Shown piece by piece: positions 24,806 to 36,800 of a DNA stretch of 64,000 bases. A model generated the notes under the pieces. It had not been told where the DNA came from and made no database searches. It saw nothing but the letters and a program-made list of their open reading frames with translations. The DNA is from Stegostoma tigrinum (taxonomy: Eukaryota). The DNA lies in the NCBI RefSeq assembly GCF_030684315.1, contig NC_081364.1:53282152-53346151 (forward strand), in the 5' to 3' direction. Position 1 is the first letter of the stretch; every line of letters starts with the position of its first letter. A program made the position numbers and the translations under genes.

Positions 24806-27167
24806 CTATGAGAAAAGATATCAGAATATAATTCCTATTGACGTGTGTTGAGATAACTATTCAGTGAAACTTGTTTATTGTTTCAACATTAGAACTCAAA
24901 GACAAAAGAATGTTCTGCTGCTGCAATGAAAACAGCATAAGTATATCATGTATGGTTGAATACTGAAAGAAGAAAAATGTTTGAGAAATATTATTTTATT
25001 TGACAACGTTAGTCTCTTTCTCCCTATTATTTGAAGTCTACTAGAATAGATATTAAATTCACAACTTATTTTTCAAAAGGTAACCGATGCACCAGCAATG
25101 ATAGACATTGTGTATAATTACATAGAAATTACAACAGATTTTAATGAGCCTGTAATTATCCTCTGTATGAGCATGTTTCAATCCACTCTTCCTTTCCTAA
25201 ACCATGGTAACCTTTCTTTCTCTACATTATCTCCCTTGTTCTTAAATATTAACAGCTTCTGATAAAATCATGAATTGTGTTAGTGAAATCCACAGCCTCT
25301 CAACTCTTTGCATTATGTTGTTTTCCTGCTCTCTGTAATAAATATCTACATATAATCTTATAGCTGTGTCCCTTCATTCTAGATCCATTCCACCGGTGGG
25401 AGCTATATTGGGTAGCATTGAACTTCAGTGGCAAAGGTGGAGGTTGCATGACATTAGGTTGATTGCTCCTATGGAGTATAATATAACTCAGATGTTTTAG
25501 TCTGAATGGTCTGTTTTGTTTCAAACAGAAACTATCGAGATCAAAACACCAGAAACCATCTCCAATCACTCTGTTCTTAACCCATATTCCTTGTTATCAA
25601 CCTTTAAGTCCATTTTAAAAATAATTGTTCCTAATTTCCTCCAATTTTGTACACCTTAATCTTCAATAATATTCACATGCACTACTTTATCAAAGGGTTT
25701 CTAAAAGTGTACCTCTTACGATGGCTTCATATTAATAATTTTTGTGGACTTGAGTTTGAAAGATTGTGGATACCTAGATTTTTGTTTAGAAAGAAGTCAA
25801 TAAAAGAACATTGGAACGATTTCTTAACAAGGCATTTCTTGGTAGTCGTATCGTCACATCTCACTAGGTACTGTGTTGGAAATTGATTTGTGGAATCATG
25901 ACAAAGATCGAAATTCCCCAATTTCCTTGTCTTTTAAGCCCTAGATTAAAACAGAGCATGGACCCAGGTTTCTATACTTAACAGAAATTAAGTATAGATA
26001 AATAGATTCTAGGTACAGTAAACAACTAGGAAGTACTGACATATAACTCTCTTGATTAAACTAACTGCCTTTACAAAAATCCACACACGCACATACAAAA
26101 GACCAAAAAGTGACATTATGGGTGGGGGAGAAATTGGGATGGCAGCTCAGTGGTTCTTGTTCACGGGGTTCATTGGGATGATCTACTTGGCTTATCAGGA
26201 ATTGCTGTTCATCAATCTCTCTCATCTCCAGGTGTTGTTCACTTTCATGAAGGAGGTACAGAGGTATCTGAAGGTTATTGCGACTCAAGCAAGGATAATA
26301 GAGTCCCTCACGGTAACCTCAGTCAGTGTTGGAAGTGAACCCATGCTGTTACCCTAACCCTGCATTAAAAAAAAGCGGGCATTCAGCCAGCTTAGCTTAC
26401 TAACCCCTCATACCATAAGCAATGCTAAAACATACATTCTTTTCCAACATGAATAAAAAGGTCAGCTGTTCATAAAATTAATGGATAAATTAACTAAATA
26501 TTTTTCTGCAAAGGTATATTTACAGTAGTAAAGCAGAAGAATGCAACAAAACAACTTTCTATGTCCGTGTCTTTGACATCACAAATATTTTATCTTTGAG
26601 TTTCAGAACTTTTGCACTGAAGTAAATGTTGCAGATGCATTGCATTCAGCAAGGTTCCAACAATGGCATATCTATTAAATGATTAAATAAATTGCCAGTA
26701 ACGCTGTTCATTCAAAAAAACACCCATGAGATTTTTCATGTCACTTAAACAAGTAGATGGGTCTTATGGAAATAATTCAAGTATATATGGTTAAGGTGTA
26801 TTATGATCACATCAGATTTGAGCACATGGGAAGTGTAACTCTTCAAACGAACTTGGATTTTTACACTAAGTATTTTTAAGATTCAATATTTTCAAAAAAT
26901 GTTTCCAAATTGCTGCAATATTCAATGTTCCCAAGCTTCTGGGCCACCAGAATTGATTTTCTTGCATTTCTTCCTTTTGTGTAGAACTATCTAATGAGTC
27001 AGCAATTGCTTAGAAAAGATTAGTGGATTCATACTAGCCTGATTCAATACATAGGTTTGCATTTTACAGGTGAACCACGTAAGATTCAGTGTGCTGCTGT
27101 ATCCATTCTTATTTTGCTGAGGCTAAAACCCTATTTTTCATTTCCCTTTCTCTTCTGGTATCTTTTT

Positions 27168-27480
27168 CACGGCAACTCAGTGGTTAGCACTGCAGCCTCA
27201 TAGCGCCAGGGACCCGGGTTCGATTCCCACATCGGGCGACTGTCTGTGTGGAGTTTGCACATTCTCCCCGTGTCTGCGTGGGTTTCCTCCGGGTACTCCA
27301 GTTTCCTCCCACAGTCCAAAGATGTGCAGGTTAGGTGGATTGGCCATGCTAAATTGCCCGTAGTGTTCAAGGGTGTGTGGGTTATAAGGGGATGGGTCTG
27401 GGTGGGATGCTTCAAGGGGCGGTGTGGACTTGATGGGCCGAAGGGCCTGTTTCCACACTGTAGGGAGTCAAATCTAATCT
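27168..27480 (+). mobile_element. HE1-type tRNA-derived V-SINE
   Basis: A-box-like cagtggttagc and B box ggttcgattcc; core gtggagtttgcacattctccccgtgtctgcgtgggtttcctccggg; CR1-like tail. Confidence 0.9.
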
Positions 27481-27796
27481 ATGAGCTGCTCAAAATATTG
27501 AATGACTAACCTGTTATCAAACTTCAGCCAGTTCCATTCTAAAGACAACCACTAGGAGGTGTGGAGAAAAGGTCAGAAAATTTTATTTAATTCCTTTCTC
27601 CTAAGGGAGCACATAGCTGCTCTCATCTCAGCAGTTTGTCACAAATGTATAGCTAAATTGTAAATTTAGCAACATTGCAGGTATGAATAAGAACTATAAT
27701 TATCCATTTGCACTGCAAAATGTTTAGTAACCACATAATTACGAGCAACCAATTGTTTAATGAAAATAAGTTTGCAATGGCGTTAATATCTCATAC

Positions 27797-27879
27797 CTGT
27801 GAACTCCTGCCAGCTGTGAAAATAGCTGTGTAGGGAATACTGTTTGCTTTTAAGGCATTGATGACCAATTTAATGACAT
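27797..27879 (-). CDS. ATP6AP1L: V-type proton ATPase subunit S1-like, exon 6
   Basis: atag|(D)VIKLVINALKANSIPYTAIFTAGRSSQ|gtatga; resembles 'VPYTAALTA'; 83 nt. Confidence 0.92.
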
Positions 27880-29478
27880 CTATTTAAAAGTAAAGAAAAT
27901 ACTCTTTAGTAAATTTTGAGTTCTTTTTGCTCTTTCTAACATAATACTGACCACAATATCACAGCAAATTTTAATTCATAATTAAATCTGCAATTACATC
28001 CCACTTTACAACATATATAAAAAAAGACAATTAAGGATTAGCTGGTCTCAACTATTGTATGTTAGCATGATGTAACTTCTGCATTAACTCCTTCCTTGCA
28101 GCAAAATGCAAAGGGAGCCAAATGCTTACTACCTGCATTAAAGTTAAAATCCAACTTAGCCGCAGAGCTGCTGTATCGTTAGAAAGCAAAATGACTGGTG
28201 GTGGTTTAGCCTGAGAGTCAGTGCACCTCAGGTGATGGGAGAGGCTGAGAAGGAGACTCCTTTTGTGGTCACCTCAGCCAGTGTAGGAATTGAACCCATG
28301 CTGTTGGCATTACTCTGCATTGCTGACCAGCTATCCAGCTATCTATCCAACTGAGCCAATGAACCTTGTTTAATTATTTCAACCAGTATTGGTTATCATA
28401 TAAATCAGTGTTTAGGAATCAAATAATTATAAGTTTTATTTGATTTTATTTAATCTAATTCCAAATTATATACGTCAGGAAAAAACACTTATTGAGGTTT
28501 GTTGCATCAAAGAACGACCATCAACAATGAAAGTGAACCACACTCAGAATTACTTGGATAGATTTTGTCTACTTTAATGAAACAAGTCTACCTGAAAGTC
28601 TAAGTCCACTAACTCCAGCTGGAAAAATCCCATCGATGTCCCCTGCTAAAAACAGAATCAGCTCAGTTATAATCTGCCAGTATTAAGAAAGATTATAATC
28701 CACCCTTTTCTCTTCAGACATTTCATAAAGTCCACTTTAAACAATTTGTATTAACATTTGATTTAAAAGAGGAAGTGTAGTCAAAGTTATTATCTCTTTA
28801 GTAAATATTGTGATTCGAAAGACATATATGGCTCTCAAATTTTAAACTAAAACATTTGGACATTTGAAATCATATACCTTTCCATTTAAATTAGATGTCT
28901 CATGTATTGACGAATATTTCATTTGTGATGTGGAACAGAAATAGATAATGCATTTAAAAATCCAAATGTTTCAGTTTAATTTGTAAAGCTCATACAGTTA
29001 AGAAGGGCATTGAAGCTCCTTTGGTTGAATATTTTTAATATTTTTAAACTTGTGTTCAGTTAGTATATTCTGTAAATCACAAAACGTGAAAGCTATGACT
29101 ATCTGTTGAATCACAATATTTACTAAAGAGGTATGAACTTTTGATTTAAAAATCATACAATGACATCACACAGACTGACTGCAATTGCACTGGCAGCAGA
29201 CACAACCTTTTAAAATACCAGTTCTATAAACTTTTGTTTTTGGTACCATCTGTTGTCTAGGAGTGTAATTCAACTGATTTTAATCAAGACAGAGGCAAAA
29301 ATTGGGATTGCAACAATTAAACCAGTTTTTAGATTTTTTTTGGATCACTTCAAACTGAAGCACTAATCCATCCATGAGGTTGCTGTATTCCACAGTAAAA
29401 CTGAGTTCTTCCATCTAAAATTTTGGAATTCGTTAATCTTCACAACACTGAAAGGAGTGATACAGCCTGAAAGCTTAC

Positions 29479-29519
29479 CGTTATCAGTGAGGAATTTGGT
29501 GTCTGGTACCATTGCAGGT
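29479..29519 (-). CDS. ATP6AP1L: V-type proton ATPase subunit S1-like, exon 5
   Basis: tcacag|(R)PAMVPDTKFLTDN(D)|gtaagc; 41 nt, phase 2-1; resembles 'GLMAPREVLTGND'. Confidence 0.85.
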
Positions 29520-30204
29520 CTGTGAAAGGCAAGTATAGACTTGAGTATAAACCAACAATGTCTCACTAATGTTCACTTAGTATGATAATTAAACATATAA
29601 GCTAATTACATGTAAATTGTATTTGTGTCACATGTACGACAGTAGTGTGCAAACTTGACATGTTCCTAATGATCATGCAGGATTAATTGGTCCCGGGAGA
29701 ATCTTGCCGTCTCTATTCTCTATGAAAGCAAAGCCTACCTTGATTGAAAATATATGAGGGTAGTTCATTGTAGAAGTAGGCCTCAATGTTATCATATCTG
29801 GCTAATACTAACTGACATGTTTGGACCTTAAAGTCATTTTATCCTCCATCTGATTTTGTGTTATTGACAAATCAGGTGCATTAGGGGAAAATCTGATCCA
29901 AATTTTCTGTTTCCGTAAGAGGCCACATGTTTTCATTCTTTACATTGTAGGTTTCCTTTATTTGATTTTTGTTATTATCTGTCAAATATATACAATTTAC
30001 ATCTTAAAATAATTTTTTTCTTCTTCCTTTAAAATATAATTTTCTATCATTCTTCTTAAATTTTGGACATTTGACATTGAATTAGCTCCAAAGATAAATC
30101 AAGCAGAGATTGGGTGAAAAGCCAAGGCAGTTCAGAAATCTCAAAAGTTAATTATTCCTACAGCAAGTGATACTTAAAAAGTATCGTTCACCAGAGAACA
30201 ATGA

Positions 30205-30590
30205 ATTGCCATTTGTGGGTTTATTCTGACACCTGAGTCATAAGGCTCCATGTTCAAGTTCCAATCAAGGCTTGACTACAACAATCATGATTCTCCAGTA
30301 ATAGTACTGAGAGAGTGCTGCAATGTAAATGGTTTAATGGTAAACCATGTCCCCATGTTTAGATGACAATAAAAGATCTCAAGGCATCTGGAAGAACTGA
30401 AATGTTATGCTCAGTTTCTTGGCCACCATTTATCTTACAACCCACTGTACAAGAACAGGTGATCCGGTCTTTGCTGTTTGTGGGAGTCTCCCGTGTGCTT
30501 ATTGGCTGCCACATTTCCTAAATTACAATGATGACTACAAGAAGTATGTCCTTGGCTGTAAAGTGTTGTAGTCATAAAGAATGCTACGGG
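30205..30590 (+). mobile_element. Old tRNA-derived SINE (DeuSINE/SacSINE-like)
   Basis: Degenerate B box gttcaagttcc; tail attggctgccacatttcctaaattacaatgatgactaca. Related degenerate copy near 59200-59410. Confidence 0.5.
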
Positions 30591-32302
30591 AACGCATCTT
30601 TTTCTATGAGCAAACAAAATTGGAGGTCAAGAGTTGCTAATGGCACAACTGAAAAAAAGTTTGGCAAAGGTGGTAGGTTTTAAAGCACCATAAATGAGAA
30701 CAGAGAGATAATTATTTGGGGCTGTAAGTTACAAGCAACTAAAGGAGCCACTGCCAATCATGGATGAACAAACATCAGGGTTAGAGATGAACTGTGATCT
30801 CAGATGGGTGTAACACTGGAGGACGTTTTGGCTATAAGGAGGAGCAAAGCTGCAAAGTGATCTAAAATTAAGTTTGAAAACCTTATTAATAATAGACCAT
30901 TCTACCAACTCAGCAAAATATTGTTAAACCTTGTGTTGTGAAGATGCTATGTATTTACTATTGTATGGAGGGCTTTAGGTTTTGAAAGATTGTGAATAGA
31001 AGAAGTTATTTCAAATTTTCTGACCAAACCTAGACTGATTTTGTTAAACACAGTGCTTGAAAATTCACTGTTGACTTTGGAGGTTTTTTTTAATTTAAAG
31101 AAGGATTCCTAAAATCACATAATTGGTGATAACTACTTGCTTTGGGTGTAGATCCTGCTGGGCTGATCTTTGAGCAGTGTGTGATCAGGAGAGCTTCTTG
31201 TTTTATTCAGTTCGATTGTAGGAAAGCCTGACATGAATGAAGTTGGCTAAGAACAAGCTCAATGGGAGGAAAGCTTGCTATGATCAAGTCAATAAAATGT
31301 GAGGCTGGATGAACACAGCAGGCCAAGCAGCATCTCAGGAGCACAAAAGCTGACGTTTCGGGCCTGGACCCTTCATCATCAAGTCACCCAGGTTTTAACC
31401 ATTTTTGAACAGGAAACATGAAAACTTCGGTTCGGGGTAAAACCTATTTCTTATTTTGAAAGTGATTGAAAGAACATCGCACGATATTAATTTCTGGAGC
31501 AAGTTATATCTGCAAAACTTCAAAGACAGCCACACATGATTAGTCACTTGACGACAAGTATCAGAATCCTACTAAGTGTGTGCGTGCATTTGCATGTGTG
31601 TTTTTTGGGAATTTTCGAGAGATAATCAATTATATGCCTATGTTATTTACTGTGCATGTTCACCAGTTACTGCATCTTTATTGAAAATGTTTTGTTTAAT
31701 AGAAAACCCATTATTATGTTTATTAAGAAACCTGGCTGATAGAGATTTTTGTTTAAAACCCGATATTGTTATTTAGTCAGTCATCTTGGTACCTGAAAGA
31801 AATATTTTTATTTCATGTTGTGACCTGTAGAGTAATGGGACGAGAAATAACATGTGCTCCTCCAGCCTAAGGCATAGTATTTCTATGATAATGTAAAGCT
31901 GTTAATATTTGGAGGTTGAATAGACAATGAATTAAGAAATAAAAATGACGTTAGCTAAATTGATGATCAATTTATTTCAACAGTTTATCAAATGTGTTCA
32001 TCCCAAAAACCCTGTGGTCCTAAGGCTTTTCCAGTCCCATTGAGAAGTGGGAAACATATTCGAAAAGTTAGTCCTCTGAAAGTTGTCTAATGCCCTAGTT
32101 TAGTAAATATTCTTGGTGTTTTCTCTCCAGTCAATTTTCTCATTAGCTTTCACATCTGAAGATTTCCTGAAATCAGGATTAAGAACCTTTGTGAAGTCTG
32201 CTTGACTAATCATGAAGAACCAAGGCCAATTCTAGTGCCCTGACCATTGACCCAAATAAGACAGCTAATTTACATAAACAGAGATCCAAGATGGTACTTT
32301 AC

Positions 32303-32367
32303 CTGTTGTACAGCTTAACAATCAGGGGAGATGCCAAGAGTAAAAAAGCTTTACTTTCCATGAGCTT
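32303..32367 (-). CDS. ATP6AP1L: V-type proton ATPase subunit S1-like, exon 4 (short)
   Basis: ctag|KLMESKAFLLLASPLIVKLYN(R)|gtaaag; 65 nt, phase 0-2, which is what is needed to join exons 3 and 5; cctaac branch-like motif upstream. Confidence 0.6.
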
Positions 32368-33829
32368 CTAGTGTAAGTAGATCACAGTTAGGATATTTAG
32401 TTATCTTACTGAAAAATTTATTGCTCCATAATTTTCTCATTGGGCAAGATCTCAGTTATATTTAGAACGTTAATGAAACTCGCAGATTTTATATTTGATC
32501 TGTGCAAAATAAGCAGATCTGTACTTGGGTGATCAAAGGTATATACAATTGACCTCCACATTCCCAGGTTAAGGGGAGAACTATCATCCTTATTGAAGTC
32601 CTGCAAACCCTGCTGCATAGTGCATATTTCAGGAAACATTGATGTCTGTGTCAAGCTCAGCCGTGACGGTCTCAGTTAAAAGTCTGGGTAAGCCTACATT
32701 TATTGTCTCAAATCATTAACATAAAACCCTTGATCAAGGAATGGGAGGGCTGATGCTATTTGCAAAAGTACTCGAGCTTTGGTCCTTGGGGAAATGAGAA
32801 GAAAATTACTGGAAGATAAAATTTAGATTTGTGGTTTCCTTTCCAGTAAAACTACACATTTGTTACACTTATTTTGATTTCTTATGTGACTTCATGGAAA
32901 AGAAATTATACATTAGTTTCCTTTTAGTGCAAGTTAAGGTACCCAGTGCATTTGTGGCTATTATATTAAAGATCCTTGGGTAGCATCTTCCAAACTCATG
33001 ACCATTTCTATCTAGAAGGATAAGGACAGCAGATACGTGATAAAACCACCACCTGCAAGTTTCCCTCCAAGCTATTCACCATCGTGACTTGGAAATATAT
33101 TGTTGTTCCTTCACTGTTGCTGGGTCAAAATCCTGGAATTCCCCCCCAACTGGTATTGTGGGCTATGGACTGCAGTGGTTAAAGAAGGTAGTTCACCACT
33201 ACCTTCTCAAGTGCAACTAGGAAATGGCAATATATGTTAGCCAGACAGCAATGCCCATGTCTCACCAGAGAATATAAAACAAACATTCACGTGCAAGTTA
33301 ATTCTACCTGTGTTTTGATGATAACTTCACTATTAATAGAGATGATTTTGTGCTGTTCAGTTCTGGATTCCAAAATGGTAAGTAGTTCACAAGTATTGGG
33401 TTTTCTCCAAGTTTCTGTTGAAGATATCTTGGAAGCTGATTTGTCCAATGCTGGTTTACAGCTGGTAAGATAATGGACGATGGAGAGGAATCCAGGGCAT
33501 TCTACAGGCAATCAAAAATATCAAGGTGAGCTCACAAGATGACTCCTTTCATTTACATTCAGGAGGCAAAAAGTTCATAAAACTGATTTTACAAATGTCA
33601 AAGGTAGGGCATAGTGATGTTGTCAATGGTAATCCAGAATCTCAGACTAAAGCTATGGGGATATGTATTCAACTCCCAGCACTGCAGATGGTGAAACTGA
33701 ATCTATTTTTAAAAAAAGACATCGTCATTGCATGCCATCATTGCATAGTAAAACCGACAGCAAATTCTGGTAAGAGGAATTCTATGATCCATTCTAGTAC
33801 CTTGCCAGGTGCGTGGCTTAGCTATTCAG

Positions 33830-36800
33830 TGAAATAACTCCACAGAGACTGCTGTCCGATCACTAAGTCACCCTTTATTTACACATGGAATGTCCTTGAC
33901 ACTGGTCCAGCTCTCTCAGAGTTTCAGAGTGTCTGACATCCCTCTTTACCTGTAAGTCAGGCCTCCCTAATTGGGGCAGTTAATCTGGTCCAATCAGGGA
34001 ATTTATATTCCATGAGGTACCCTGACTGACCTTGTTTACAATCACTACATCCTTGGCCTCTGAGTGTGAGGACATAGGCATGTCCTTTTTCTTGTAGTGC
34101 CTCCTGGGGCGTTTAGCACTGGGTGAGGTTCCTGTGACTCTGTATCGGATACAGGGTTTCGGGGGGTGCGCAGGAACGTGTAATGCACAGGAACTCTCCT
34201 CTTGCACCCAGAGAGTCTCGGAAGAATTTCATTCCCTTCTTCTGGTGGAAAAGGAGCCTATGCGGCGTGATCCACTGTGTTTATCTCCGATTCAGAGGCC
34301 TCTTCAACGCTTGATGGCGAGGGAGAACACACAGGTTCTCACAACTTTTCCAAATGTTCTGAGGAGCAAGGCACGTTTTGCTGCCACACCATTTGTGAAT
34401 TTGTGGCTTTCATGTTGTCCACATGCTTGTTCAGGATCATCACACCTAACTGAACTTTATACATAAGTGGACATGTCCTTGCGTCAAACAAGACTCTTAC
34501 CTATGCAAGACTATTCCCGTGGTTCCTCCACCAAACTGTTCCCTGTAGTAAACTGTCTGTCTTACTTGGCGGAGTCTGGCGTCCAGCCCTGGAGTTCCTG
34601 ATGCTATTTCACCCTCACCCCTGTCCAGGTCTGGGAAGATCAGACTTAACCTGGTGTGAAGTCTTCTCCCCAACTCTGCTGGAGCTATTCCTGCAATTGC
34701 ATAAGGGATGATCCTATAATCCAGTAGGAACTGAGACAGTTTGGTATTTAGCGAAGCTGTAGGCTGTTTCTTCAAGCCCACCTTCAAAGTTTGACTTCTC
34801 TTTCTGCCAGACCATTGGATGTTGGATGGTATGGAGTTGTCTTTATATGCTGAATCCATTTGACTTTAGGAACTACCTAAATTCCTTGCTGGTAAACGAT
34901 GGCCCATTATCCATGACCAACCCTTTCGGGATTCTGTGTATTGCAGAAGATGCGTTCAGTTTTTCTATTGTTGTTCCTGTATTTGATGAATGAACCCGAT
35001 GCATGTGCAACCACTTTTGAGTGGGCATCAACAATGATGAAGAACATTTAGCTCATGAAAGGACCTGCACAGTTGACATGCAACCAAGTCCAGGGATTAC
35101 CCAGCCATGCCCATGAGGAGCTGGTGGTAATTTCCGTCCATGTCAACCCAGAGGATTGCTCCACCAACGCAGCTGTATCTGCATCCAATCCTGGCCACCA
35201 GACATAACTTCTCGCCAACATTTTCATTTTGAAGATGGCTGTATGACCCTGGTACAGTTCAGCAGTCTTGAATGTATACATTATTGGGTGTTGGTCTCCA
35301 CTAAACCACCTATGAGCTAATACTATCTCGATACTGTATGGGGAGGTACTGCATATCAATACAAGATCTCGCCTCAGAGCATAACTTTCAGAAAAGTTAA
35401 GAAACAGCTATGGCTTGGCTACGCAAGTATTTCCAAGGTTGACCCTTTTTGAGGAGTTGAAACGAAGGTGCCAGGATGGAGGCCAGAGATAATGGGAACT
35501 GCAGATGTTGGAGAATCCAAGATAACAAAGTGTGGAGCTGGATGAACACAGAAGCCAAGCAGCATCTTAGGAGCACAAAAGCTGACGTTTCGGGCCTAGA
35601 CTGTTCATCAGAAAAGGGGGATGGGGAGAGGGTTCTGAAATAAATAGGGAGAGAGGGGGAGGCAGACCGAAGATGGATAGAGGAGAAGATAGGTGGAGAG
35701 GTAGGGAGGGGATAGGTCAGCCTGGGGTGGACGGACAGGTCAAGGGGGCGCGATGAGGTTAGTAGGTAGGAAATGGAGGTGCGGCTTGAGGTGGGAAGAG
35801 GGGATAGGTGAGAGGAAGAACAAGTTAGGGAGGCAGGGACGAGCTGGGCTGGTTTTGGGATGCAGTGGGGGGAGGGGAGATTTTCAAGCTGGTGAAATCC
35901 ACCTTGATACCATTGGGCTGCAGGGTTCCCAAGCGGAATATGAGCTGCTGTTCCTGCAACCTTCGGGTGGCATCATTATGGCACTGCAGGTGGCCCAGGA
36001 TGGACATGTCATCTAAGGAATGGGAGGGGGTGTTAAAATGGTTTGTGACTCGGAGATGCAGTTGTTTATTGCGAACCGAGCGTAGGTGTTCTACAAAGCG
36101 GTCCTCAAGCCTCCGCTTGGTTTCCCCAATGTAGAGGAAGCCACAACGGGTACAGTATACCACATTGGCAGATGTGCAGGTGAATATCTTCTTGATGTGG
36201 AAAGTCATCTTGGGGCCTGGGATGGGGGTGAGGGAGGAGGTGTGGGGGCAAGTGTAGCACTTCCTGCGGTTGCAGGGTCAAGTGCCAGGTTTGGTGGGGT
36301 TGGAGGGCAGTGTGGAGCGAACAAGGGAGTCACGGAGAGAGTGATCTCTCCGGAAAGCAGACGGGGTGGGGATGGAAAAATGTCTTGGGTGGTGGGGTCG
36401 GATTGTAGATGGTGGAAGTGTCGGAGGATGATGCGTTGTATCTGGAGGTTGGTGGGATGGTATGTGAGGACTAGGGGGATTCTCTTTTGGCGGTTATTGT
36501 GGGGGCCGGGTGTGAGGTAAGAGTGGTGGGTAATATGGTCCAGGGCATTCTCGACCACTGCGGGGGTGGGGGGGGGGGGGTGTTGTTGTGGTCCTTGAAG
36601 AACGCAGACATCTGGGATGTGAGGGAGTGGAATGCCTCATCCAGGGAGCAGATGTGGCGGAGGTGAAGGAATTGGGAATGAGGGATGGAATTTTTGCAGG
36701 AAGATGGGTGGGAGGAGGTGTATTCTAGGTAGCTGTGGGAGTCAATGGGCTTGAAATGGACATCGGTTTCTAGGTGGTTGCCTGAGATGGAGACAGAGAG

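Noticed and set aside
27168-27240. tRNA-like A/B boxes
   Set aside because: SINE heads, not tRNA genes.
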